Below are positions 41,403-52,676 of a stretch of 64,000 bases of DNA, piece by piece; the first letter of the stretch is position 1, and every line of letters starts with the position of its first letter. Made by a program: the position numbers and the translations under genes. A model generated the notes under the pieces. It was given only the letters and a program-made list of their open reading frames with translations, had not been told where the DNA came from and made no database searches. The DNA comes from Cyanidioschyzon merolae (Eukaryota). The stretch is from assembly GCA_000091205.1 (NCBI GenBank), contig AP006492.2; one strand, given 5' to 3'.

Positions 41403-42476
41403 ATGCAGACACCTTCGCACGGGGCGCGTCCTTTCGGGACGCTCTCATACAGTCAGCAGCGTATCCATGCGCTCAAGGCAGAGTTGCTCCGCTATCGGAC
41501 AGCGTACAGGAGGCTTCGGAGCTATGTTTCTCGAATCAACGATTTGCTGGAACAACGCGAGAGAGCGCTAGCGTGTTCTTCACGTACAAGGCTCTTCCAA
41601 GCTATCGAAGAAAAGGTCGTTTATGGCCAGTATCCTGACAAGGAAAATCGGGACTTTTCGTATCTGAATACTTTGGAACCTGTCGCCCCGGTTCAGGTGG
41701 AAAAGGAGAGCCTGTTGCTCGAGGGTACGCCAGCCACTGCGTTCAGTGTGAGTCCCGTGTGCGCCCGAGCCCCCAGAGACGGCAGAGCAATTATGGGTGG
41801 AACGCTGGGCGGCGATGTGCTCGATTCCTGCAACCGAGCATATTCCGAACACGCAAGCTGCACCACAGTGGCTAAACCCGAGAGTGTCGACGAAAATTCC
41901 GGTCAGACTGCAGGCTCTGTCCGAGCTGACGATCTGGTGAGCCCGCCTCGTACAGGTGCTTCGCCACACACCGTGCATAACCCTATCACTGTTGCAGCGT
42001 CGATTGAAAATCCTGGATTGCAGGAGGAGGTGCATGATTGCGCGCAAGCGAATGCGGTAGCAAAAGCGCCTGATTCGACGCAAGCACCCTCCGAACCGCC
42101 ATCGAAAAGCGGGAAACCCCCAACAGAACGGGCTCCGGCGAGGACACAACGACGACGACAACAACAACAAGAACGACGACGACGACGGCTGCCAGCTATC
42201 TGTGTTGAAGAGGTTCCCAATATCTGGGCAGTGAATCCGGAACACCCGCCAGGTGATCGTCGAAGCCAATCGAATGCTCTGATAAGCTGCCTGAAGCGTG
42301 TATCTCGGATGCTGGCCGGGGCGCTGGGCCCCTCGAGGCGCATCTGCCATCCATCGTATTCGAAAATCTTCGCATTATGCGGCGTTTCCTTTGGTGCGGG
42401 CTTCCTCTCTGCGGTGTTGACCATACAGCACGTAGAGTGCAGCTCTGGAAGCGCGCGGCGAAGCCCGCGTGCCTAA
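41403..42476 (+). CDS. Hypothetical tail-anchored protein: N-terminal coiled coil, low-complexity middle, C-terminal TM
   Basis: 357-aa ORF. Heptad-like LKAELLRYRTAYRRLRSYVSRINDLLEQRERAL. C-terminal IFALCGVSFGAGFLSAVLTI. Poly-basic/Q stretch RRRQQQQERRRRR. Confidence 0.25.
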   Translation: MQTPSHGARPFGTLSYSQQRIHALKAELLRYRTAYRRLRSYVSRINDLLEQRERALACSSRTRLFQAIEEKVVYGQYPDKENRDFSYLNTLEPVAPVQVEKESLLLEGTPATAFSVSPVCARAPRDGRAIMGGTLGGDVLDSCNRAYSEHASCTTVAKPESVDENSGQTAGSVRADDLVSPPRTGASPHTVHNPITVAASIENPGLQEEVHDCAQANAVAKAPDSTQAPSEPPSKSGKPPTERAPARTQRRRQQQQERRRRRLPAICVEEVPNIWAVNPEHPPGDRRSQSNALISCLKRVSRMLAGALGPSRRICHPSYSKIFALCGVSFGAGFLSAVLTIQHVECSSGSARRSPRA

Positions 42477-43119
42477 GCGTCCAGCACCGGCGACATGCGG
42501 CCTTGTGCGACGCACGCTGAGCATACACCAGCGGAGCGTGCCGCATCTAGTCCACCACGAACAGTGTACTTGGGCACCTACCCGAAATGCGTGGATATGC
42601 GTTGCTCCCTCGACACCGGATGTCAGGTCTGTGGACAGAGGACGACGCTGGCGCCGAACCAGAGCCGCAGGCCAGCTGTGCTGTGGCGGAAACGATCGAT
42701 ATCCTCGCAACGCAATCGAATCTCTCGAGGTAACCTGTTCTCTTTTATACGAACACGAGGGACCAGCATGTTGCGCGCCACATGCTCGAATGAGAACACC
42801 TGAACCGCGGAGCGCATAATCGTGGTGCTCGCGCAACGCAGCCGCCATTCTGGGGCGTTGGCGCTACGCGATCACGACATCCAGCGCTGTCTATCGCTGC
42901 GGCCTTGGGCTTTTCTCCTTCGGGGCGCTAGCATCGGTCGCACTCGCTATCCGTTGACTGGGTAAAACTGATTCTATGAAATTTTTGAGCCATATCGTGT
43001 CCACCACTCTCCTCCTCAGCGAAAGCCGGTTACATTGAGATTTCATGCTGCTGTTCTTGTCGTCTGATGTTGGACACTGAGCCCTTTGTATGATGGAATC
43101 GCGCGGTATTGGCGCGAAC

Positions 43120-44730
43120 TTAGACGCCACTCAGGAGCCAGCCATCCAGATCTAGAATTTCCTTATCTTTGGGAATATCGCCTTTCTCGGCCGCGGGAGA
43201 TAGGTTCCAATCGAATGTTCCGAGGGCACTTGCGACATCGGCAATCTCGGTATGGTTCGCTAGTTCAAGGCCCTCGTTTGGGGCGAACTCCAACGGAGAT
43301 ACAAGTTCAGAGGCATCTGCCGAACATGTGGTGAGTTTCAGAAAGACCTCATCGCAGCAAGGCGTTTCCTGAGCGGCAAAGTTGTGCGCTCTGCCCATGT
43401 CCGTGCATATTTCCTTCGCGATATCTTCCTCGGACATTCTCATAAACGGACACGTCTTTGTCTTCTCTGCTGGGCGCTGTCTGTAGCGGTCCGAGCCAGA
43501 CGCGCTAAGCGTGCGACGACGAGAGGACGCACACCGAGCTCGCAGCTGCTCGCGAACTCGAAGCTTGCCTACGCCATCCTTCAGACTCGTCAGTGATCCG
43601 GAACTCGAGCAGCGGCTCAACGGGGAGTGCGCCACGGTCAGCATGCACCTGTTCACAGGTGAATACGAGCTCGGAAGCATTTCGCCAATTTTTGTCTCCA
43701 GCGATGAGGAAACCTGAACGCTAGAGTACGTCTCCGGGAACTGGGGCGCCTCACTACACGATAGCTGACGACTCGGGTCTAAACAGAGGCTATGGATGGT
43801 CTGGGAGGAGCTCTGCGTGGTGTTCGCGTACTCCTCATTCGTCTTGCAGAAGCATGTCTTACCGTTGCCGACTGGAATAGGTTCACTGTTCCGCTGGATA
43901 CGTTTTCTCGGTCCGGACACAATTTCATGCAGCTCTGTCGCAGTCGAAGCAGAGAGACGCTCAAGCGAGAGTGAACGTGGAACCTGTGATGCATGGTCTC
44001 CGCTGGTGCGGGGAAGATTCAAGCGCGCTGCAGTCTCCGCATTCCACGGGCGTCCAGCGGCCAAGGTCGCAGACCGTTCGGCTCGCCAGCGGCGATGCAT
44101 AGAACTGTTCCACCTATTCTTGATCGCATTATCCGTGCGACCGGGAAGATATTTGCTCATTTTCGCCCAGCAATTCCCAAAACGCGCATGCAGCAGCACA
44201 AGAGCCTCGTCCTCCTCGAACGTCCATGCACCTCGACGCACGGACGGATCCAACTGGTTGAGCCAACGCTCCCTGCACTGCTTGCCGCTACGCCCAGGCA
44301 TACACGCGGCAACAGCAGTCCAAGCCTGAATGCCGAACTGTGCAACCAAACTCAGAAGAAGTGCATCCTCAGCCGGTGTCCAAGGCCCTTTCACGTGCGC
44401 GACACTCGGAGACTGACTCTTTCCCGCTACAAGGTCCAGGTTGTCGGACAGCAACCAGCTGCCCCCTTTCAACGAACTATATGAGACGCTTGAGGAGGAA
44501 GCTTCAGGAGCTGGCGTAAGACAAACCTCTGGCGACGGTGCTAGTGGAGACTCCGACAGCTTCGCCGACTCGTTACTCGGTGTGCTCGGCGTCGCAAGAC
44601 CCGCCGATTCAAACGCTTTTGACGGCAACTCCAGAAGCAAATAGCGAAAAGTTGTCTCCTCGTCAAGTGTGAAAGGCTCCACGTCGTCCATTATGGTTCG
44701 TCGGCAAGAGTACGCACCACACACCGGCAC
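43120..44730 (-). CDS. R2R3-type MYB transcription factor
   Basis: Two Myb/SANT repeats: KGPWTPAEDALLLSLV..W..VAACMPGRSGKQCRERWLNQLDP and RGAWTFEEDEALVLLHARFGNCWAKMSKYLPGRTDNAIKNRWNSSM. The start may be the internal Met (MDDVEPF, about 44691). Confidence 0.75.
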   Translation of the reverse strand: MPVCGAYSCRRTIMDDVEPFTLDEETTFRYLLLELPSKAFESAGLATPSTPSNESAKLSESPLAPSPEVCLTPAPEASSSSVSYSSLKGGSWLLSDNLDLVAGKSQSPSVAHVKGPWTPAEDALLLSLVAQFGIQAWTAVAACMPGRSGKQCRERWLNQLDPSVRRGAWTFEEDEALVLLHARFGNCWAKMSKYLPGRTDNAIKNRWNSSMHRRWRAERSATLAAGRPWNAETAARLNLPRTSGDHASQVPRSLSLERLSASTATELHEIVSGPRKRIQRNSEPIPVGNGKTCFCKTNEEYANTTQSSSQTIHSLCLDPSRQLSCSEAPQFPETYSSVQVSSSLETKIGEMLPSSYSPVNRCMLTVAHSPLSRCSSSGSLTSLKDGVGKLRVREQLRARCASSRRRTLSASGSDRYRQRPAEKTKTCPFMRMSEEDIAKEICTDMGRAHNFAAQETPCCDEVFLKLTTCSADASELVSPLEFAPNEGLELANHTEIADVASALGTFDWNLSPAAEKGDIPKDKEILDLDGWLLSGV

Positions 44731-46742
44731 AGAAAACTTGCTCCTTCGTTAACCAGAGTACTGGCAGCGCGTTACAAGCCGTCGACCAGCAACAGCGCGC
44801 TGCATATGTGTTTGCGCCGTCGCGCCGGCGGCGGGTTCATTCGCGCATCGTCCAATATTGAAATCTGGACATTATTGTCCCAAAAGGCTCTCTTGACATC
44901 GCACGAAGTTGTCACGTGACATGTTTTGGCGATGCACGAAGGCATCGCGCGGCGATGAGATTCTTGAAACGCTGATCCGCTGCTTTTTGCAGTGCCGGCG
45001 CTGGAAACAAGCGCGCAGCTGCCTAGAATGCGAAAAGTAACGGGCCTCTCCGAAGGAACTTATTGTTGAGGAATTTGCGAGTTGGCGGAACAATGGATGC
45101 TTCACCAGGCGCTGAGAACCAGTGCGAAATTGGGGATCGCGGGTCAGTGCAGACGTTCTGCTCTCCCAAAAAATAGAGCGGCGATGCGTCCGCACCGACG
45201 CTCATTCGCGCCACCTTCCGCTGCAGAGCACACAGGAAACGCAGAAACACCGAGCTCGACCAGTCCCAGAGGCTGCCATAAACATCGGAAACACAGGTAA
45301 TATTCTGGCGATTGCAGTTTTACTTCATGGGATGCTGGGCTCGGGGAAGGATCTCGGAATGGCTACTTTCGAGGCTACAGCAGCAGGTTCCGCGCTCCGT
45401 ATTGGTGTTGCGGCATAGCGTTCCACGATATCGGTACCCGGAAAACGTCAAAACTCAGCACTGCGCAAGAAGATTACATGAAGAACCAAGTCGGCTTCGT
45501 TTGCTTCCAGAAAATCAACTGCAGCCTGAGGACATTCTGCTCCCATTCGTTCCTCAAGTGATAGGCTCGTTCCGGAATAAATCGATGGGCATGGCACACG
45601 CTACACTGTGGTGCTGCATGGCACTGCTTCCATGTAGATGGCATCTGCGATCAAGGCGATGCCGGAAGCCGCAGGCAGCAGCACTGGTCAATCGTCGGCA
45701 ACATCGAGATAACCATGGATTCAAACGCATGCTCCTGCTCTGGTGACAAAACAAGGATTTAATACGGCGGTTCCGGCTACGAAGAGGTAGACATTCTGTG
45801 GGACAAGCCCGCGACTTTCATGTCTTGAGTCGATTTCGCGAAAAATTGCGGTTTTCCAACATGCTGCATTATTCAACGGAAGAAAGGCATAGCCGTTCCC
45901 GTCTAGTGAAGAACCAGGACTTCATTCCGGTGACCGCATTCGCTATGCTTCGTCAATCGAGCAGGGCATGCACCCCCAGGAGCCGCCTACGTGGCTACGC
46001 CTCCCCGCTCATGCTCTCTTTTTCAAGGCGATATCATTGGTGACCAGGCGAGCTGGTGCGTCCCCAGTGGCGCGTATCCACGAATACAACGCGCGCTCTC
46101 TACAACAGCGTCTAGCGGCAGCCTCGGTTGTGGTGCTTTCGGAGTCGGCGTGCGGCGTGCACGAGGCACTGTCACCCTTCAACAAGCTCAGTTTAGAGGA
46201 GCCTCACAGGTCTCTTGCGGGACCAAAGTTCAGAGCCGCAGTCTCGCGCACTGGAGGTCGCCTTCTCTCTCTGTGTGTGTATGTGTGTGTGAGCGACGCA
46301 GAGCGGCCTCGCGAAAGGACGCGAGACCCCGCTCTGCGTACATTTACCACAACGATGCGCCTTCCTCGACGAACGTACATAACATAGGGGCATGCTAGAG
46401 TCTCCAGCAGAGTCGTCCTCGCTTTACATTCCAAGGATGTGTACTGCCGTTACATCCATACGTGCGCAGCCGGTGATACCACAGCACGTCATCGTGCACA
46501 GGCAGGCACACGAGCCGCTCTGTCTCGGGTCCGCAGCTGAGGCACTGTCGCCTCAGAGGTCCAACAGACGCGGATACCGTTCCGCGGCCGCAGAGCAGGT
46601 CGAGCGCCCCAGAGGCAGCGCAGCGGCAACTGCTCCGAGACGGAGCGCTCCTGATGATGCCCGCTACAGATCGACTGTTCAATAAATGAATGAATGGAAT
46701 GCCACCTGGTCGAAGATGTTGCCGAACGGTTCACTAATCCTG

Positions 46743-48413
46743 TCACGACGCTACGACAACTGGTACGGCCTCCGATGTGCAAGCGGTGTCAGTGCCTGCC
46801 CCAGTGCCTGCTCCAGTGCTTGCGTCCGCAACACGCCAACGCGCACGAATAACACTGTCCGCTGGGTATATCGTCGGCAAGTAGATGATCTCGTCGCTGT
46901 GCACGGTGCGCACCCGAGTCCAGTCCACAGTGGTCGCCAGCACCGCCAGATAGCACATCAAATGGTTGATCGCATAGTTCCGCCCGACACACATGTGCGG
47001 ACCGCAGCCAAACGTCAGGAAATGCTTCCGGTACTTTTGCTCCTCCTGCCGCGGCGGCAGCATCCGCTCCGGATCGAAGCGTTCAGGTGACGGAAAGCCC
47101 TGCATGCACGCAGTCCAGAGACTCGGCACCACGAGCGCACCTCGCGGCACCTCGTAGCCGTTCGGCAGCTGCACCCGCTTGCTCGCAACCTGCGGAACCA
47201 TCACAGGCGGCGGCCGGAAGCGCAGCACCTCCAGAACGACCGCGCGCGTGTACACCATCTGCTCCAGCAGCTCGTAGGTGATCGGCTCGTCGTGCGGGCG
47301 CAGCCGCTGTTGCTCTTCGCGCACCCGCTGCAGCACGTCGGGTCGCTCGGCCACCAGCACAGTCGTCCATACCAGCGACGCTGTCGACGCATCCTGAGAC
47401 GCAAACAAAAAGTCCAGCATGGCGTCCGCCATCTCGTGGTCCGCGCTGTACTTGGGCGGCGCCCGGTTCTCGCGCTTCGCAGCTGCAACCTCCTCCAGCA
47501 CGGACACCGTCCAAAAGTCCAGCAGGCACTGCGGCTCCGCCTCGGCGTCCTTCCGGAAACGCTCCTTCGACGCCCGTACACACGCAGTCAGGTCCCGTAG
47601 TACACGCTCCCGCGCCCGTATCGCACGCCACAGGCCCGTCCCAGGCAGCGCTAACGGGAACGAAAGAAAACCCTGCGTGATCAGCAGATAGTCCGCACAG
47701 AAGCGCTCCCGATCGCGCAGGTAAGGACCCACAAACACCGTCTGCGACGTCCGCAGATTCAGGTCGCGGATGCGCGGGCGCACCTCAAATGCGGCCGTGG
47801 TGCCGTCCGTGCCGCGCCCCGACAGCCACGCCGCCAGGTGCTCGCGAATCAGGCGCTCCTGGATGCTCACGTACACGCCTAGCGCCTTGGGCGTGAACAG
47901 CCGCAGAAAAGACTGCCGCAGGAGCTTGTGCTCCTCGCCGCTCTTGAAGGCAATATTGTTCCGCCCGAGGATCCGCCAGCCGTTCGGGTGCAGTATCATC
48001 TCAAACGCGTGCGGGCCGTTCTCGCTGAGCACGTACCGGCTGAGGTCCGTGTCCGTCACGAAAAGCACGAAGAAGCCCGCCAGCGCATTCCAGCTCAGGC
48101 CGCACGGGTTTAAGCGCCGCTGCCGCTCCCAGAACCCGTACGGCGACAGCACCATTTCCACGATGCTCCCGATGAGCGGAATCACAAACCGCGGGCCTGG
48201 GATTCGCCCGTAGCCCGCCCAGCGCCGCAGTCGCACCTGTCTGCGATCGCGAGGCCGAGCACCAGCAGCGCAACGTACGCCAGCGCACGGCTGGCGGTAC
48301 CCCAGCCGGCGATCCCAGCGCAGCGTCGCGCGGCGCAGGCAGTGCCGCGCCACCGATCCACCCACTCGGCTGCTGCCAGAGGCGTCGAGCGCGTAGCGAG
48401 GCCGTCTAATCAT
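46743..48413 (-). CDS. Cytochrome P450 paralog; N-terminal anchor region disrupted by clustered 1-bp deletions (possible pseudogene or anchor-less variant)
   Basis: 556-aa ORF, identical to the 13145-14821 product over the catalytic domain (FGCGPHMCVG). Residues about 10-60 read in an alternative frame, WDRRLGYRQPCAGVRCAAGARPRDRR instead of the hydrophobic anchor. At least six single-base deletions occur within about 200 bp at 48230-48420. Confidence 0.6.
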   Translation of the reverse strand: MIRRPRYALDASGSSRVGGSVARHCLRRATLRWDRRLGYRQPCAGVRCAAGARPRDRRQVRLRRWAGYGRIPGPRFVIPLIGSIVEMVLSPYGFWERQRRLNPCGLSWNALAGFFVLFVTDTDLSRYVLSENGPHAFEMILHPNGWRILGRNNIAFKSGEEHKLLRQSFLRLFTPKALGVYVSIQERLIREHLAAWLSGRGTDGTTAAFEVRPRIRDLNLRTSQTVFVGPYLRDRERFCADYLLITQGFLSFPLALPGTGLWRAIRARERVLRDLTACVRASKERFRKDAEAEPQCLLDFWTVSVLEEVAAAKRENRAPPKYSADHEMADAMLDFLFASQDASTASLVWTTVLVAERPDVLQRVREEQQRLRPHDEPITYELLEQMVYTRAVVLEVLRFRPPPVMVPQVASKRVQLPNGYEVPRGALVVPSLWTACMQGFPSPERFDPERMLPPRQEEQKYRKHFLTFGCGPHMCVGRNYAINHLMCYLAVLATTVDWTRVRTVHSDEIIYLPTIYPADSVIRARWRVADASTGAGTGAGTDTACTSEAVPVVVAS

Positions 48414-49136
48414 TGCTGTCGCAGCTGCGCTCGATGCTCAAGCACGCGCACGCGCCAGCGAGTACGGCCGCGATCGCGAACGCGAACGCGTGTCTCTACG
48501 ACTAGGAGGCGCGCGCCCGTGTGCTTCAGCAGCGTACGCGCCTTTGGACAGCAGCAAACGCTGACCGGTCCGCTCAAGCGCTGCGCGTTTCGCCAAAACG
48601 TATACACAAACGGCACGCACTTGGTTCACGAGCAAAGCGCTCTGCTCGGTGCCGCTCCAAAATAGTCTCCAGCAACCTCTCGGGGGCGTCTGCGCCCCAG
48701 CACGGCACGCGCAGCTCAGCAACGCCTCGCTCGACGGGGTCTCGCTCAGCCTACCGAGTTCAAGCACGGCTTAGACTAGCCTTGCCCTTGCTGTGATTCA
48801 GTCCTTGCTTTCCCTCGCCGCACTAGACTCAGACTCGTGCGGCACAGCTGCGCACCGACACGCCGGGTCAAGCGCGCTCGATCGTGTCAGAGCCCGAGGC
48901 AAGCGTTCACACGTGTACACACACACAGACACAAACACACTGATGCAGACAATAAAAACAGTGATATCGACAGGACCAAACCAGAGATGCACACACACAC
49001 TTCGACCCTGTTTGGAATACACACAAGACGGGTGTTCCCCGAAATACTGCTACACTTGATTGTGTTGAAACGCGCCTTCACCGAATAATGAAATGCGCGG
49101 CATCGAGCAGCACGCATCGACGACGCGACAGCCGCA

Positions 49137-49137
49137 A

Positions 49138-49181
<44 letters not shown>
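49137..49181. repeat. (GCGT)n microsatellite, about 11 units
   Basis: Paralog of the 15548-15622 tract, shorter. Confidence 0.9.
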
Positions 49182-49182
<1 letters not shown>

Positions 49183-51122
49183 ATCCATAGACCGCTCGCC
49201 TTCAGACGTAGGGCAGCGAGGCACCCGGTCGATGCGGATGCGTCACGCGGGGCAATGCGCGCCACCACGCATCGATTGCGCTGCCGCTGAGGCCTGTTGA
49301 TGATGGTGATGATGGTGATGATGGTGATGCTTGGGAGCGAGGCGGGGAGTCGCTGTGCTGCGTCGCCGACGCTGCTGGCTACACGATCGCGGGAGGGGAG
49401 GGTTTTGTGTTGATGCTTCTCTCTCTCTGTGTGTGTGTGTATGCATCTAACATCGTGCAGCGTCCCGTAATGGCACCAGATGGTGCAGTCGACGGGGTAC
49501 GCTGATTTCCCGCAGGCGATGCCCGACATTACGTAGTAGGTATTGGACCAATGTGCACGCGCACCGCTGCAGCGGGTGCTGTATCCTACTGCAGTATAGC
49601 TCATCCTTGAATTGCCACATTGGTTGATCATCGCTGAAGAACACTTTTAGCGACCAATAGTGTCTATCCAGCGCTGCTTCAGTGCCGTAACTGGTCATTC
49701 CGCACACGCGTCCAGTGCTTTTGCGGCCGACAGTCACTGTAGGCGCCGTATCTGCATACGCTTGCTCTCATGTTTTAAAGCCGCATGCCGCCCAGAATTA
49801 GATGCCCTTTCGTGCTGTTGCCGAGTTGTGCGGGCGTCTTGCGTGTAGACCAGCCCACCGAATCATCATGCCACTGTCGTCCTAGTGAATGCACCATCAT
49901 CGAAACCCGAATGGATCACGCATTGGACACTGCGAGCGTTTCCGAAGTATCTCGTGAAGATCAACAACGCAGGCGAACGCGAAGGTTGCGCTTTCCCGGT
50001 GGCGGGGCAACCTCCAGGGTGACGAAGCACTTTACCCCGTGACAAATTGAAAAGCTTGTGCATACGATGGTACCTTCTGTCCAGCTGATGCCTGCAGAGC
50101 AACTGCTGTAATGTTATAGTTCGCGCTCATGGTCCTGATGGCGGAATAAGAGACCATAGGTATCCTTTTTACCCGTGATCTAGGGGTACACTCACAAGCA
50201 ACGCATGATATCACGACGGGAGCGTGCTTGACACACACCATACTCATCGGTGATTCTTCTGCGCTAACGGTCGCTCTCATCGAGCCGGGCCTGCGTTGGC
50301 ATGCATTCGCCATCTTCATCGACCGAAATCGCATTCACGCGTATTGCAGGATTCTCCTCTTTGTCCCGCAACAATAGGATGTAAGTTTCTTTGCATTCAG
50401 GTCCGTCCAGTGTATCCGACAACCATACCCGGTCGTGAACAACACAACGCCTGTCTGATTTCTTTGGAAACAGTTTTCAGGCAGGATTTGTACCATGCTG
50501 CGAAAGCAAATCAGACCGAGGGAGCGCATGCGAAAGCGTCCCAGCCAGCGTGCATTCCAAATGAGGTATCTTCATGAGATCGGCGTCCGAGTCCCGTCGA
50601 CATGGAAATGCACAGATTTGTCTAGTGGTGTGCCAGGATGATTTTACGGTTTCCGGCGGCACGCTGCCTTCCGGAGCGGCAGCTCTGCAGCGTATAGCGC
50701 AGAGATTTCTGCAAACCACTCAAGTCCTTGCATGGAGCGCAGGCTTACGCCCAATAAATGTTCCTTGACATTGGGAGGCACTTTCATCGTCTGGTTCCAC
50801 AACTGCGGTCGCTAGGTAACCTCGATTGAATGCATCTATCCGACTGGGGTGCTCTACAGGCCCCACGCTTGCTGCTCGAGAACACGAGCTTTCCGAGACA
50901 TCGATCATGAATACGAGTAACGTTAGAAAGGCTGCCAAGACCTTCTTTTCGCGCGCTCGAGTGTCGAAAAGAAACCAAGTCGTTCAGTCGTGTGACTGCC
51001 ACCAGGCACTACACGCGGGACCCCCTCGGACCTGGCTTCGGCACTGTGCTCTGCTGCGCGTGAACGTACGAGCTTATGTTTCTAGACGAACGACGACCTG
51101 TAGCCGATTACCAACGCAGTAC

Positions 51123-51665
51123 TCAGGGAGCTTCCATACCTCTAACCGGAGGTTCCGCGCGCGGGGGGCGATACACGTCCCTGCCGCCCGCTCCCGGCGC
51201 GTTACCGCCGCCCCTGCCGAAGCTCCGAAAACCACCAGGCCCGCCACGACTCCGGTACTCTGACTGGAAGGTACCAGGGCCCCGGCGTTCACCAAAACCA
51301 CGTTCTCCGGGGGCCCCAGGACGGCGGTACCCGCCAGCGCGGTCACCGCGGAAACCTCCGATCACGCGCGGCGGTTCGGCTTTGGCTTGCAGAGTTTTCG
51401 GCACAACGTCTGACGGTACGTTCAGCCATTTTCGTAGGTATTCAATACCCTCGTCCGTTAGGAAGAAATAGTAGTGCTGCCAGCTGAACTGCTCCCGAAC
51501 GAAGCCGCGAGAACGCAGGGACTGGCACGTTTTGATCACCTCGATGTTCTTGATGTGCTTTAGCTCCATATGCTCTGGAGAAGCAAAGTCCTTCCTCGCG
51601 ACTAGAACGCCATCACTGAACAAGCGAGCGTAAATGTCGCGTCGATTGGGAGTCGAAACCAACAT
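51123..51665 (-). CDS. RPS10: 40S ribosomal protein eS10 (RPS10)
   Basis: RRDIYARLFSDGVLVARKDF...HIKNIEVIKTCQSLRSRGFVREQFSWQHYYFFLTDEGIEYLRKWLNVPSDVVPKTL matches the eS10 consensus closely. C-terminal RGG/GFG-rich tail. Confidence 0.85.
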   Translation of the reverse strand: MLVSTPNRRDIYARLFSDGVLVARKDFASPEHMELKHIKNIEVIKTCQSLRSRGFVREQFSWQHYYFFLTDEGIEYLRKWLNVPSDVVPKTLQAKAEPPRVIGGFRGDRAGGYRRPGAPGERGFGERRGPGTFQSEYRSRGGPGGFRSFGRGGGNAPGAGGRDVYRPPRAEPPVRGMEAP

Positions 51666-52336
51666 GAGCCTACGCGTTACAAGAATACGTGCGTGCAGCT
51701 GCAGCTGGTCGGGTTGTTGGATAGGTGTGCGGCGACAGCGCGGGGCACCTTGGAAACCAAACTAGACATCTTTGTTCTAATGGGACACGACCATCCCTGG
51801 CCTGGAAACGAGTGCGCTTGCGTGACGTGCTGGCAACAATGCACCGGCGGGTCCGTTCTGCGCGATAGAGGCGGACAGAGCCATGTACCGTCGATGTTTC
51901 ATCTGCGAACGCTGGGCCCTGAAGCCGCACAGCATGTCTCGACCGCTGTACCTTCAGGGACCACTGATTACCACTCAAACTTCATCTCGATTTTGCGTGC
52001 GCTGCCGCCTCGGCGCTATGCCAGCACCGCATCGAAACGAAACTGGGCAAAATCGATTATTTGTCCAAGCAGAAAGCCAGTATGACCGGCGGCTTGGTGA
52101 ATACCACGCACACAGCCGCTGTTCAGCGAGCACCTCGGCGCACCACCACCCACGAAGAGCGGCTCTATCCAACGCCCATGTCAGCGGCATTTGAGAATTC
52201 TCTATCGCGTTGCATACGTCGCATCTGGGAAATTTCATCAACCATGCACGGTCAACATCGTCTAGGAAATATAGGCTCGCGAGATAGAGAGACGCTCTGC
52301 ATGTGCGATAATCCCCTGTAAACCTCGATCTGTGCA

Positions 52337-52580
52337 CGCACGGACGCACGCACGGACGCACGCACGGACGCACGCATCATGCACCGCGGTGATCGCCACG
52401 TAGCGTCATTGCAGCCGTCGCCGCCGCCGCCGCCTGCCGGCAATCAGTTGGTCGACGGCGCCCACATCGCGAGCGGCGCCGCCGCGTGCGGTGTCCGCCT
52501 GCTGCGACGCATCACGCGACGCGCCAAGGCTCCCCGCTCCATCGTCATCATCATCATCATCATCGCCGCCGTCGTCATAA
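52337..52580. repeat. Low-complexity cluster upstream of PABP: 12-bp (gcacgcacggac)n, (CCG)n, (ATC)n
   Basis: Seen directly. Followed by an A-rich tract at 52641-52670, just before the PABP ATG. Confidence 0.7.
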
Positions 52581-52676
52581 CTAGGCACACCCGCCGGCTT
52601 CTGTTGTCGATTATTACAGAGCGCAGTACAGGGCTGTAGTAAAAAAAAGAGAAAAAAATAAAATAACGTTAAAGAA

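Larger units (their letters stand above)
45916..49540. repeat. Segmental duplication, copy B (3625 bp)
   Basis: Direct repeat of 12312-15984. Shorter microsatellites and several indels. Confidence 0.9.
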
